A stretch of 64,000 bases of DNA from Barthelona sp. PCE. Taxonomy: Eukaryota. The stretch spans positions 1,612,001 through 1,676,000 of the forward strand of contig JAUFOR010000002.1 in the NCBI GenBank assembly GCA_040285745.1. The letters are read 5' to 3'. Made by a program: the position numbers and the translations under genes. The notes under the pieces are model-generated. The model did not search any database and was not told where the DNA came from. It was given only the letters and a program-made list of their open reading frames with translations. This document shows positions 1 to 10,335 of the stretch, in pieces (the stretch's first letter is position 1; each line of letters begins with the position of its first letter).

Positions 1-2977
1 CAAGATCAGGATCACGGTTGATCTGGTGCATCAGTTCGTCAATGTCATCCTCCGAGTAACCGCTCAAATGCTCAACAAGTGAATCACGAGAATAATTACC
101 AACATTATTAGAGTAATAATCTTCAAGAATTGTCAGTAACGCAGAGCTGAATTCACAAAGGGAGTTCAGGCTTGTTACCAAACGAGGCACACTTCTTGTA
201 ACGGTCATGATATCACGTACCAATGAGTTGAACGACTCCGTCATCTGTTCAACACTGGGCTCTAATACACATCTATTGTTCTTGAGAACTACAAAAACGT
301 TGAAAAGAGGAATGACTTCTTGTTTTCTTGAACCATTGAGCAAGAAATTAAGGTAAGAGAAGTTTTTAACAATCATAACCTCCAATGCTTTAAGTAAATC
401 AAACTCTTTAGTAGCAACGTAATTGAACCAATGTGTTGTGACTGTTGAATCCTGTTGGAAAAGCCCAAAGTTAAGGCGGAAAAAGTCAATAATTTGGTTG
501 TGAGTGTTTTGTAACACCTGAATGTTGCTGGTGATCTGAGACTTGATAAGAGAGTTGAATGATGTCAATGAATGTAGTTCCTTACGGGACAGTTTAAACA
601 ATTCAACGTTCGCAATCTTTTCAAAGAGAGAGTCAATATTGAAGTTGTTCTCCTTAAACGTAAAGATGAGGTTGAGGATATCCTGTGTAATTTGGAAACA
701 GTCACTCACATAGTCTCGGAGGTTCTTTGAATTCCAGGTTAGAGTTTCCAGACCAGGACGGAATTTCTTCTCAACGAATGAAAGACGTTCCTTGAATAGA
801 AGTTTGTCTGAATCTTGCAATAACTCGAGAATACGGTTGTAATGCAAAATAACAGCAAGCACTTCTTCGTTCTTTTGATGAAGTGTCTTGAAATGAGTAA
901 ACAAATATGCAGCGTTATATGGAATATCAAAATCGCACTTCTGCCACAAAACAACTTCACGTAGCAGTTTGAACAGCTCAGGCTCAAAGTTGACTTGCAA
1001 CTGCATTGACCGCATGCCTGCGGAATCAAAGTCACGTTCAACATCCAGAACTCTCATCATGAGAACGTTATCGAGTGCAGAAGTAAGGTTGTTGTTGGTG
1101 ATAATATCGCTCCAATCCGTATACTGGTTGCGAACATAATCCTCACAAGTGTTTTTGAAACGAAGAAATGACGCAACAATGGAAGCCTTTTCGTTCTGGA
1201 AAGCTTCATCAAAGTTAACAATGCTGAGGTTCTCCAAGAGTTCCAGATCTTCTTCAAGATACATAATCATAGAACGAGCCCAGACAGCACTGCCAGAGAA
1301 AAGTGGTACACCAACTGTAAGTGGTGCAGACTTTTTTCCAGCTTCAAACTCCTTTTTGTAAATATCAATGGATTCGTTGAACATATTCCACAAATCCAGT
1401 TTCTTCTTTGACACAAATGTCTTGATGGACTGGAGAGAAGCAAGACGATCATAAATGATTAGATACTTATAGTTCTCATGGAAGTTATCCGTCAGTTGGG
1501 AGCTGAGCAGATTGGTGTAAATGATGTTGAGGTACTTGATACTATTCTTGAATGTAAGATAGTGTTGATACCATTCACTATTGTTGATACTTAGAATACC
1601 TGCTTCTTCATTTGCTGTGAAAAGGATGTTGAGCTTCTCAAGAAACAAAATACCAATCTCATCAAGTGACTTCGTGAGCCTAAAGTTCCTGGGTACCTTA
1701 TCTTCGAAATTGGTAAATTGTTCGTGAAGTTTAAGTACTTCCAAAAGATCTTCAAGACGTTGCTGGAAAGCTTCGACTGAACTGAACGAACTAGTCTCTT
1801 TGTTTGAAACTGGGATGTCCAATTTCACAAACATATGTTTCCATAACTTCAGAAGCTTAATGGAGCGCATGATATTGTTGAGGTTATAATCTTTCTTATC
1901 AAGAAATTCATCAATGTTGATGAAACGCTTGCACAATACAATGAGTTCATTGCCGAACTTGCTCAGAATATCCTCCAAGTGAGGAGCATACTTCAAGACA
2001 AATTTGAGAACCATCAATATTTCAAGCAGTAACTCTCGAACCTTTTCGAGATTATCGATAGATTCAAGTGCCTTAAGTTCGTGAATACTGTCCTTTAATA
2101 AGGAAACAAAGTTCATATCACGATTAGAACGCGTTAAGATGCTGTTAAGATCAAGCTTCAATTTAATAAAGCTATCATAATAATTGCTACCAATATCCTT
2201 TAAGGCCTCCAAGATAGCAACCATTGCATCAGATTCGATCTGATCCTGTACACTTAGCAAATTCTTTACGCGTAATTCTAAAATATCAATCATTTCCAGG
2301 ACACCAAGATCTTCCTTTCTGAACTTCTCGCTTTCATTAAGGAGGTCACGGATCTGATGTAGCCAATAAATAAGACATCCTTCAAAGATTTGAACCTTAT
2401 CACGAATGTCAAAGTTAATAAAGAGGCGTGAGTCAGGAATATACAAGACTGTTTGATCATGTCTGTTGTAAGTGATCTCGGTGAAGTTTGCTAGGAATCG
2501 GTGGAGATGTGAGATATACTCGTTCTTGACTGATTCTGGCCAATCGCGTTCTTCACTAACTGCTGTAACAACAAAAGTCTTGAGGAAAGTGAGGAGAACC
2601 ATATGAGGTTCTCCACACATGTTTGCCCAATGTAGCTGTTCCTGGATGACATCGAAGCTGATAATCTCAGGTGTTGTTCTGATAAAGAAACAAAGATTCA
2701 TCTTATCCTGTTCATCCACCCTAATGACGCTCAGTTCGGGCAGGGCGGTGGTGACGACGATTTTATCGGTCTCCGCACTAATATACATAAACAAATTGTT
2801 TAAAGCAACGTTTGTAAGAAAGCCTCGTACTGTATTCTTTTGCGCCTCAGTAAATTCATAGTCTGGGAAGGCCGCAAAGCTCATCTTAGACAGAATGAAT
2901 TCACAGGAGTTTGCTGAATCTTCATACTTGCGGTTTGTAACACTGACTGGATCCAATGCTGCGTTAAACTCTGACAT
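1..2977 (-). CDS. DNAH2: Axonemal inner-arm dynein heavy chain (I1/f beta, DNAH2-like), N-terminal part; runs off the window start
   Basis: Not in the ORF track because no stop falls in the window. ATG at 2977-2975 gives MSEFNAALDPVSVTNRKYEDSANSCEF...WPESVKNEYISHLHRFLANFTEITYNRHDQTVLYIP. This matches my recollection of the DNAH2/DHC10 N-terminal signature (WPES...HLH.FLA.LT......TVLYIP). I translated the 5' part by hand and did not check every downstream codon. Confidence 0.85.
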   Translation of the reverse strand, partial: MSEFNAALDPVSVTNRKYEDSANSCEFILSKMSFAAFPDYEFTEAQKNTVRGFLTNVALNNLFMYISAETDKIVVTTALPELSVIRVDEQDKMNLCFFIRTTPEIISFDVIQEQLHWANMCGEPHMVLLTFLKTFVVTAVSEERDWPESVKNEYISHLHRFLANFTEITYNRHDQTVLYIPDSRLFINFDIRDKVQIFEGCLIYWLHQIRDLLNESEKFRKEDLGVLEMIDILELRVKNLLSVQDQIESDAMVAILEALKDIGSNYYDSFIKLKLDLNSILTRSNRDMNFVSLLKDSIHELKALESIDNLEKVRELLLEILMVLKFVLKYAPHLEDILSKFGNELIVLCKRFINIDEFLDKKDYNLNNIMRSIKLLKLWKHMFVKLDIPVSNKETSSFSSVEAFQQRLEDLLEVLKLHEQFTNFEDKVPRNFRLTKSLDEIGILFLEKLNILFTANEEAGILSINNSEWYQHYLTFKNSIKYLNIIYTNLLSSQLTDNFHENYKYLIIYDRLASLQSIKTFVSKKKLDLWNMFNESIDIYKKEFEAGKKSAPLTVGVPLFSGSAVWARSMIMYLEEDLELLENLSIVNFDEAFQNEKASIVASFLRFKNTCEDYVRNQYTDWSDIITNNNLTSALDNVLMMRVLDVERDFDSAGMRSMQLQVNFEPELFKLLREVVLWQKCDFDIPYNAAYLFTHFKTLHQKNEEVLAVILHYNRILELLQDSDKLLFKERLSFVEKKFRPGLETLTWNSKNLRDYVSDCFQITQDILNLIFTFKENNFNIDSLFEKIANVELFKLSRKELHSLTSFNSLIKSQITSNIQVLQNTHNQIIDFFRLNFGLFQQDSTVTTHWFNYVATKEFDLLKALEVMIVKNFSYLNFLLNGSRKQEVIPLFNVFVVLKNNRCVLEPSVEQMTESFNSLVRDIMTVTRSVPRLVTSLNSLCEFSSALLTILEDYYSNNVGNYSRDSLVEHLSGYSEDDIDELMHQINRDPDL

Positions 2978-3177
2978 AATATACAAATGGGTGAGTTAAT
3001 ACAAAAATGGGGGTAATGTATGGTTAAAAAAAGGCAATAAAGGGTTTCAAAAACGAAAACAAAACAAAACAACTTCAAGTTTAAAGTTTCTTTGAGTTTT
3101 ATGCAAGTAAAAGCGTTTAATGACAATGATGATCATCATTACCATCCTTGAAAATTGAAAAACCTGTATTCATACTT

Positions 3178-4404
3178 ATGAGTCATTCTAACATTCCTAG
3201 TGCTCCAGCCAGTGCTCCTAATGCAGCACACCAAGTCGTCCCAACGGTTCCTTCCGTCCCTCATCATAATGTAGGGCAAGGAAGCTACCACGAATATGTT
3301 GATGAGCAAGTTCACATCTCACCAATGCGGATTTTCTTTGGTTTCTTGCGTGAGCGTGCCTGTAAGTGCTCTGGAGGTGGTTCTGATTTTAATCATGTTC
3401 TACTTGCAATGATATTTGCTGCTTTGCAAATCTTTTCTTTAATTCTAGCAGATCCCTACTTTATGTTTTTCTTGTTTATTTTTTGTACGTTTGCACAAGT
3501 TCGCTACTCTGTAACTGGTTTTTCGAAGGTGGAAGACGGTTCTGCAAAAATATTATGTGTATTTCTTGCTATTTGGGATTGGATGTGGACCTTTTATTGG
3601 TTTAATCTTTTCTGGATCTTTGTATCCAATAACACACTATCCTTTTTAAAATCAATCGGTAAGGGTACTGTTTGTACAGGCAGTTGTACAAGTTTGTTTG
3701 GTGATTTCGATTGGACCAAGATGACAATTTGGGGTTTACTCCTCGGTTTGTTGTATTTCCTTATATTATGGACCTCATATATTCCTATGGCTATCGGATC
3801 AATATTCTGTGTCAATGGTATTGCTCTTTGGTATAGCATATGGTTTATCCGTGATTACTATAAAGCTGGAAAAGCTCAGCGTAATGGATTTTTCTTTACT
3901 CTTGCGCTTTTCTGTTTCTTATCACAAATTTCGATTGTGATATGTATTTTCCACATTATTGTTAAAGATACTCATGTTCAATACCAATTAGGTTTAGCAA
4001 CGATTGCATTTTGTGTATTTTTCATTGTTGTTACATTCAAACTTATTAAAAAAGTTAGAAGTGGTGATTTGAAGTTAAATAATTGGCAATGGGCTGCTAT
4101 GATTCAAGCTTGGTGTTGTGCTCTGTGGCATTTATACAACGGCTTCTTCTACTTCGGGTTGATATTTAATGAAGTCGCAATATTCTTTGGTTTTGATTTT
4201 AAGAGTTATCCTAATTGGAGTTATCATTCTTCAATTGCATTTAGTAATTTGGTTGATTTTCTGCTCTTTCTGTTTGCTATTGCCATTGTTTGGGGAATAT
4301 TGAAGAGTATCAGTATGTCGATCAAGAAATGCTCTGATTCTTATAGTGAATATGCTTCTGAACTCAGACAGCAACATTCCAAAAAGAAGAAAACTCATTC
4401 TTAA
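3178..4404 (+). CDS. Multi-pass membrane protein, unknown family
   Basis: Long ORF with first ATG at 3178 (MSHSNIPS). It has a Pro/His-rich N-tail, about 9-10 hydrophobic segments and a basic C-tail (KKKKTHS). Confidence 0.75.
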   Translation: MSHSNIPSAPASAPNAAHQVVPTVPSVPHHNVGQGSYHEYVDEQVHISPMRIFFGFLRERACKCSGGGSDFNHVLLAMIFAALQIFSLILADPYFMFFLFIFCTFAQVRYSVTGFSKVEDGSAKILCVFLAIWDWMWTFYWFNLFWIFVSNNTLSFLKSIGKGTVCTGSCTSLFGDFDWTKMTIWGLLLGLLYFLILWTSYIPMAIGSIFCVNGIALWYSIWFIRDYYKAGKAQRNGFFFTLALFCFLSQISIVICIFHIIVKDTHVQYQLGLATIAFCVFFIVVTFKLIKKVRSGDLKLNNWQWAAMIQAWCCALWHLYNGFFYFGLIFNEVAIFFGFDFKSYPNWSYHSSIAFSNLVDFLLFLFAIAIVWGILKSISMSIKKCSDSYSEYASELRQQHSKKKKTHS

Positions 4405-4430
4405 TTGTAAATAGTATTTTAAAGATTTTT

Positions 4431-5291
4431 TTACACAATACGATCATACTGCTGTGCGATACCGAAACAACTATTGAGAATATCTTTGGGATGACATGTT
4501 TTCATACTTATTTGTTCTTGATTTTGCTTAAAATGAACATTACCAGTTACTTCATCAACTTCCCATCCGAAAAACATGATGAGATCGCTCACTTCACCAT
4601 ACTTATCCTTCAGTCCGAGACCCTCAAACAGTTGCTCAAGACAGTTCAAAGGGACACCTTCATCCGAGCTTGCAACTAAACTGTTAGCAATACTACTGAG
4701 TAAATCTTGCTCTACAGTGACCTTTAGACCTGTACACATGTCTTCAAAGCCTTTCAACTGGTGGCTCTCGATCATTTCAAGGATCTTCATATGATTACCT
4801 TGCTCAATTGCAACATCAACTTCAACAACATATTCCACCACATCTTTCTGTAAAAGAAATGGGAATCCAACACGTAGTCTCTGGACAAGATGGTGGAATC
4901 GATCCATGGCAGCACGTTTAAGGAAAAAAAGTAAGAGACCAGCCACAATGGTTGCCATAAAATTGGAAATCTGTTCATCTTGAGCAATATCTTCAGTCAA
5001 AGATGTGATCATGTCGAGAAGGGAGGTGAATTGTGCATACACTATATCAAACAAAAGAGATTCATTTTCACAGAATTGATGATTCTGAAGTAATGTTCCC
5101 ATAATGTGAAATGACCTCCAAATATCATCAACTTCCACGCCATCGAGCACGTCGACATGCTTTGCTGTGTTTGTCAAGCCCTTGTGCAGAGTCTTCATAT
5201 TGTAGAGTTTAATGCTCTTAAAAGCCTCTTTTAATGAATTTTCATCTGTAAGGTTATCCTCCAACCTGGATATAACGTCTTCTAACTGCAT
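4431..5291 (-). CDS. RPN12: 26S proteasome lid subunit RPN12/PSMD8 (divergent PCI domain)
   Basis: GLLLFFLKRAAMDRFHHLVQRL...EVDVAIEQGNHMKI...TVEQDLLSSIANS and the C-terminal IAQQYDRIV parallel the RPN12 pattern GLNLLFLL..N....FH..LE.L...EGSYNKV...TIRDEIA and YA.QLE.IV. Confidence 0.7.
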   Translation of the reverse strand: MQLEDVISRLEDNLTDENSLKEAFKSIKLYNMKTLHKGLTNTAKHVDVLDGVEVDDIWRSFHIMGTLLQNHQFCENESLLFDIVYAQFTSLLDMITSLTEDIAQDEQISNFMATIVAGLLLFFLKRAAMDRFHHLVQRLRVGFPFLLQKDVVEYVVEVDVAIEQGNHMKILEMIESHQLKGFEDMCTGLKVTVEQDLLSSIANSLVASSDEGVPLNCLEQLFEGLGLKDKYGEVSDLIMFFGWEVDEVTGNVHFKQNQEQISMKTCHPKDILNSCFGIAQQYDRIV

Positions 5292-5361
5292 ACAAAATTT
5301 CAGAAAAGGGTATTTAACCTGTTAACAAAAAAATTTCCTTATCCAAAATTCCAATGTGCTA

Positions 5362-8300
5362 ATGGAGAAATCACCCAGCTTCACATTGAGCAGGAGTCGG
5401 TCTTCATTGAGGTTACTCACCAAAATACCGAGTTCTGCTGCCTTACAGGCTATATCCGATTTACAGAAATCTGTTGCTGCAGTGGAGGAAGTGCCAATCG
5501 ATCACAACGTAAAAGGGGAAGAGGAGCATGAAAAAGCACCAAAAGAGGGAAAAAATAATGAAGACGAAGATATTGTACAATTGCGAGACCGTCTTTTACT
5601 TAAACGTCAGGAATTTGCTGACAGTCTGCTCACAGAGATCGAGCAAACCATGGAGGAGACATTCATTCAAGATTTCACTAACACTGAAGTTTGTACAGAT
5701 TTTATTAATGAAGTTGAAGACAGTGCTCTGTTTGTAACAAAAGTACCGTTGAAGCAGGCAAAGGAGGAGACTATCGATATACATAAGGCTCTTGAAGCTG
5801 ATTTAGATTTAGAAGGTCAGGAACAGTATGAGTGGTATTTACAGTATAAAGAACGTTTGGAACAAGCATACACGAGGGTATTTGAGTACAAGCAGCAAAA
5901 TTTCCAGCAAATGGTTCATCAAAAAGAAGTGCAACTGAATGATATGTTGAATTTGCTCAGTGCCTTGCGAAATACTTTTCAGAAACTTGAGAGCAGGATG
6001 AAACAGAAATTTAGAAAGCATTATATATCGCTGAATGAAGTTTCAAAGAGTTTATTTGCTCGAAATTATACGTTAATTGATTCAGCATCTCCCATAATTT
6101 ATAAGGTTTCTCTTCACTCTCTACGCGAGACAAGGACAAAGATGGCAGCTGGAAAGTACTGTATACACACTACAATCATCAATTCACTTGGTGGTATGCC
6201 TGTTGTCTGGTCAAAGCTTGGGGTTGAGACTCTTCATCTTGGTTCATCTGGAATTTACGATTACCCAACTAAGCATAGGCATCTCATACAACATCTTGAT
6301 CTGGAGAGGCGTGCAACACATTGTATTCTTCCTTCACATCACTCTTTACCATGGACGAGCGCATGTTTATTGGTACAGCTTTTATTTTTGGGTGAGGCTG
6401 ATGATGAACGTTCAGTTATTGCATGGGGTGTATATCCCGTTTGTGATTCTCAGCTCAACATATTGCAGGGTCCATTTATGATGCCCATGTTGCGTGGTCA
6501 TGTTGATTCAACATTGCGTAAGTGGTCTCAGATTGAGATGGCAATTAAGCGTGATCTGGAAGTTTGGTTTGGTAATTTTTATTTTAGTCTTGAGCGTATT
6601 GAGCTGGAAGAACTTCCTAAATGTCAAGGTGAAATAGAACATGAGAACAATCTAAAGTTGGATGTTCCTAGCAACTTTTTCTTAAGTGGTGGTGAAAAGC
6701 TTAATGTAGTTGCTGAGCTGGTCGACCCTCCATATAAACCAGAGCCGTCGCGTTTCATTGAATATCCATGTTTACATGATGGAAAGGCTAAATTACACAG
6801 GCCTGATGAGTTTATGGATGAGTATGAGCATATGAAAACGGAACGCGACACATATTTACGTGAACTTACAGCTCGTTCAGAGAAGACAGATCGGGAAGAA
6901 GAACCGTTGTTGAATGGAGCAATCGATACCGCGCGCGATACCTTCTCGCCAGTGAGCGATGCCAATGAAATAGATTTGGATGATATTATTCCAGGTTTGG
7001 CACGTCTAGGTGAGGATGACAAGGATCTTGATGAGGAGGGGTTGGCTATCAGTAGTCAGAGAAACAGAGAGAACATTAAACCTCTGTTGACACCTGTGGC
7101 TTTTAACCCAGATGAGGGTAATATTCTTGATACAGGTGTTACTTTACCACGTGGGCTTATTCCACCATTTGCAGATCTAAAGAAGGGTTTCTTAAAAAGT
7201 ATGATTCGATCTGAGAGGAGGGAATTATTTAACGCCAGCAAATATGGTTTGATAACATTCATAACAACTATACTAATGTTTTTACTTTTTATGTTTCTTC
7301 GGCCTTATATCCACGGTTTTATTCAAATATTTTATTTATACGCTATGCAGTTCCCTTATTCATACAAGTTTGAAAATTTTGGAATTACTCTTATTTATCA
7401 GACTTCAGTCATTACAGTTCCAAGTGTAATCATGTTGGTGTTTGCTCCATTATTAATATCAATGATTGTATTCTTACTGATTGTGAGTTTTTCTGTCCTT
7501 GCAACTCGTCTTTTAAAGCAGTTACATCCACTAGTATGGCGTGCAGAACTCTTTTTCTTTTTGATCATATTACTTGATCCAGTATTAGAAATTTTGTATT
7601 CCATCGTAAATGGCCAGTTTGCTGCAATGATACAAGAGTTTTCGACACCTTCACAGGTACCCATACCAATCCCAGACATCTTGAAACTGCTCTATTTCTA
7701 TCATTATAGAGAAGGTAATGGTCTACCAGGCCTGCTTCTTACTCTCTTACTATATGTTATTTTTTATTGTCTTGCATTGCCACTTATATACTGGTTTTTT
7801 GTGCATGTGTATGAGAACAAACGTGTGATAGATACTTTTTACAGACTCAGTGATCCACATCATGTGATTTTCTGCCCTCCCGACAATGAAGTAACAATTT
7901 CACTGATTAGAGAGGTAATAGATCAGGCAAGGAGATACGCTACACGTGAAGGACTACGCAGGAAGACTGCAGGTGAACGGTACGAATTGGTAACAGATAC
8001 AATACCCCCTAAGATCATTGCAAGTGTAGCGCATATTGTTGTATACAACAAACACCCTCTCTCACGTGTTGCAGATGTTCACAGAAGATTCGCTGTTGTT
8101 TGTCGGGAGGGATCTACATTCCGAGCACGCGTATTTGAACTTGACCCAACAGATGAAGGCACATTTTCGATACCAGGACTAGATAGCGGATTTAAGCTAC
8201 GAAAGATTCACTTAGGAGCACCGCAACTCAGTGTTAGTATGCAACCAGTGGACGAGGATGAAGATTCAGACTTTGCGCTTGATTTCAGCTCAGATGAAGA

Positions 8301-8445
8301 CGATGTTGTATTTGAGTTCAACCTTAATCCTGATGTTAAGGTTAGCCTTGAAGGTGAAACAACAAATGAGCAACATCAATACGAAGAGGATGAGAATGGC
8401 TTGCGTTCAATTTTAACGCCCAGAAATATGTCACGCTTTCAGTAA
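5362..8445 (+). CDS. OFCC1-like protein (N-terminal coiled coil, C2-like region, several TM helices)
   Basis: IAWGVYPVCDSQLNILQGPFMMPMLRGHVD...IKRDLEVWFGNFYF resembles the OFCC1-family block (VAWG.FP.CD......G.FK.PLLRG......DLD.WL.NLYF). Four to five TM segments lie in the C-terminal third. Confidence 0.6.
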   Translation: MEKSPSFTLSRSRSSLRLLTKIPSSAALQAISDLQKSVAAVEEVPIDHNVKGEEEHEKAPKEGKNNEDEDIVQLRDRLLLKRQEFADSLLTEIEQTMEETFIQDFTNTEVCTDFINEVEDSALFVTKVPLKQAKEETIDIHKALEADLDLEGQEQYEWYLQYKERLEQAYTRVFEYKQQNFQQMVHQKEVQLNDMLNLLSALRNTFQKLESRMKQKFRKHYISLNEVSKSLFARNYTLIDSASPIIYKVSLHSLRETRTKMAAGKYCIHTTIINSLGGMPVVWSKLGVETLHLGSSGIYDYPTKHRHLIQHLDLERRATHCILPSHHSLPWTSACLLVQLLFLGEADDERSVIAWGVYPVCDSQLNILQGPFMMPMLRGHVDSTLRKWSQIEMAIKRDLEVWFGNFYFSLERIELEELPKCQGEIEHENNLKLDVPSNFFLSGGEKLNVVAELVDPPYKPEPSRFIEYPCLHDGKAKLHRPDEFMDEYEHMKTERDTYLRELTARSEKTDREEEPLLNGAIDTARDTFSPVSDANEIDLDDIIPGLARLGEDDKDLDEEGLAISSQRNRENIKPLLTPVAFNPDEGNILDTGVTLPRGLIPPFADLKKGFLKSMIRSERRELFNASKYGLITFITTILMFLLFMFLRPYIHGFIQIFYLYAMQFPYSYKFENFGITLIYQTSVITVPSVIMLVFAPLLISMIVFLLIVSFSVLATRLLKQLHPLVWRAELFFFLIILLDPVLEILYSIVNGQFAAMIQEFSTPSQVPIPIPDILKLLYFYHYREGNGLPGLLLTLLLYVIFYCLALPLIYWFFVHVYENKRVIDTFYRLSDPHHVIFCPPDNEVTISLIREVIDQARRYATREGLRRKTAGERYELVTDTIPPKIIASVAHIVVYNKHPLSRVADVHRRFAVVCREGSTFRARVFELDPTDEGTFSIPGLDSGFKLRKIHLGAPQLSVSMQPVDEDEDSDFALDFSSDEDDVVFEFNLNPDVKVSLEGETTNEQHQYEEDENGLRSILTPRNMSRFQ

Positions 8446-8515
8446 ATAATTAACAATTGAAAAATGTTTTTACAGTGCAAATATGTTAACAAGTGAGTGC
8501 AAGGAAAGTTTCATA

Positions 8516-10126
8516 TTATTGGTTTTGGAATTCTTGAAGTAATTCACCAAATGCAACGAATTGTTGTTGGAGTTTCTTAAATTCGCTCATAACATGTGTC
8601 ATTGAAATTTCTTGAACAGCTGGCACATCCTCAACCTGCTCAACAGGATCCTTACACTCATCAGCAACAGGTTTAGACTCCTCAGGTTCTGGGGTGGGTT
8701 CCTTCTCGACGATTGGTTCAGGTGTGGGGGTTTTCTCAACAACAGGTTCAGGTGTAGGTTCTTTCTCAACAACAGGTTCAGGTGTAGGTTCCTTCTCAAC
8801 AACAGGTTCGGGTGTAGGTTCCTCCACCGGCTTTGGATTTGGCTTTGGCTCGGGTGTGGGCTCCTTTTCTACAACAGGCGTGATCTCACGTTCTTCAACT
8901 GCCGCCTTCTGGACATCTTCCTGCTTGAAGATACTGCACATAGTGGGGAGGGCGATCTTTCCCTCCTTCCACTCTGCGGCTCGTAAGGCAGGAACAGCAG
9001 CTCTTGTTTCGGGATAAAGTGATGTGTCGGCACCTGCGTTACGTCTTGGTATCTCGAGTCTAAGAGGGGAGATCTTATCAGTCGAAAGGTGGTAAATTCG
9101 GTGAATTTCATTAATCTCTGTTTCAACAGCAAGTTTAGGCAAACATCCAAAAGAACGCATTGCGTCTGGGCCAGCGATAGCGTTGCAAACATAGTGTTTG
9201 GGATCTGAATCGAGAATTTCAAAAACATAAATGACTGTTTGACCACGTGACAAAATATATAGAAGATGCAGATCTTCATCATAATCAACGAAAAGAGAAG
9301 AACCCAAATCGTCAAGAGGGAAGGTGTGTACACGATCACCTGTCTCGGGGTCAATGTAACAAACCTGACGACCGCGCTTTCTGTCTTGAGCAGCATGAGG
9401 AGACTTAGCAGGAGACATATTAACACCGACAGAAATGATGAAATTGAATGTAGGCTCCCATACTAAACGATTAGGCTTAGAAGAAGTGTGAGAGAAGAAC
9501 TCGTTTACGATTTGCTGAGCACGAAAATCTACAATACGGATGGTAGAATCACGACAAGCAACAGCAGCAAGGCTACCTTCTTTGTTCCATGCGACGGAGG
9601 CAACAGCCTTGGGGAACTCCATGTATGACACAACTTCACAATTGTTACTGAGATCATAAATTGTAATATCCATGTTGAAACTAACAACAACCAGTAAATC
9701 CTTTGCAGTAGGATGGAAAGCAACATCGGTGATCTTCTTTGGGAGCTTGATGGGAAAAGCATCTTCTGTAACGGTGATGTTCTCAGTGATGGATTCAGGA
9801 AGATTCCAAACAATTACAGAACCATCCTTAGCACCAGTTACAAGACGTTGGCTATCAAAAGGGTCCCAGGCGAGACAAGAAACATCACTGGTGTGACCAT
9901 GAAGCATGGGCATCTCAGGATCAATCTTACCAGGAGCATTAATATCCATAACAGCAATCATACCACCACCAAAGGACTTCCAGCTGAGGGCGATGTACTT
10001 TGAGTTGACGGCCATGATGTTTTCATCAGTTCCGCAGTTACCGGGCTTTAAATCATTAAATTCTGAAGTAGACTTGATTTGTAAGCAATCGATGTTACGG
10101 TACATAGAGTAGTTTGAAAGGGACAT
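8516..10126 (-). CDS. Coronin
   Basis: N-terminal SMYRNI, WKSFGGGMIAV, WD40 repeats (GHTSDVSCLAWDPFDSQRLVTGAKDGSVIVW), PKLAVETEINEI, IPRR...LYPET, then a Pro/Glu linker and C-terminal coiled coil. Confidence 0.93.
   Translation of the reverse strand: MSLSNYSMYRNIDCLQIKSTSEFNDLKPGNCGTDENIMAVNSKYIALSWKSFGGGMIAVMDINAPGKIDPEMPMLHGHTSDVSCLAWDPFDSQRLVTGAKDGSVIVWNLPESITENITVTEDAFPIKLPKKITDVAFHPTAKDLLVVVSFNMDITIYDLSNNCEVVSYMEFPKAVASVAWNKEGSLAAVACRDSTIRIVDFRAQQIVNEFFSHTSSKPNRLVWEPTFNFIISVGVNMSPAKSPHAAQDRKRGRQVCYIDPETGDRVHTFPLDDLGSSLFVDYDEDLHLLYILSRGQTVIYVFEILDSDPKHYVCNAIAGPDAMRSFGCLPKLAVETEINEIHRIYHLSTDKISPLRLEIPRRNAGADTSLYPETRAAVPALRAAEWKEGKIALPTMCSIFKQEDVQKAAVEEREITPVVEKEPTPEPKPNPKPVEEPTPEPVVEKEPTPEPVVEKEPTPEPVVEKTPTPEPIVEKEPTPEPEESKPVADECKDPVEQVEDVPAVQEISMTHVMSEFKKLQQQFVAFGELLQEFQNQ
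8682..8877 (-). repeat. Coding tandem repeat, 30-nt unit (EKEPTPEPVV) in the coronin unique region
   Basis: Unit ttctcaacaacaggttcaggtgtaggttc(c/t) is repeated about 4 times, with degenerate flanking copies. Confidence 0.9.
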
Positions 10127-10335
10127 TTTGAGTCGTAGGGTGCAGTTAAAGCAAAGAGAGTTGGTATAGAGGGTAGATTAGGCGTAGCAAATCTCAAACT
10201 TTTATTCTATATAACTAGATGTAAGTATTGTGTATAAAATAGATCATATCACCATATAGCATATGTTATCTTTGGTCAAGACGCTGTACATTTTGTTTTC
10301 CTCTTTACTTCCATTTCTCACCACGTTTTTGATAA

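Noticed and set aside
739-3126. Six short ORFs in the track
   Set aside because: They are alternative-frame or antisense shadows of the dynein heavy chain frame.
8682-8877. 30-nt repeats as a CRISPR-like array
   Set aside because: There are no spacers; it is an in-frame coding repeat in a eukaryotic gene.
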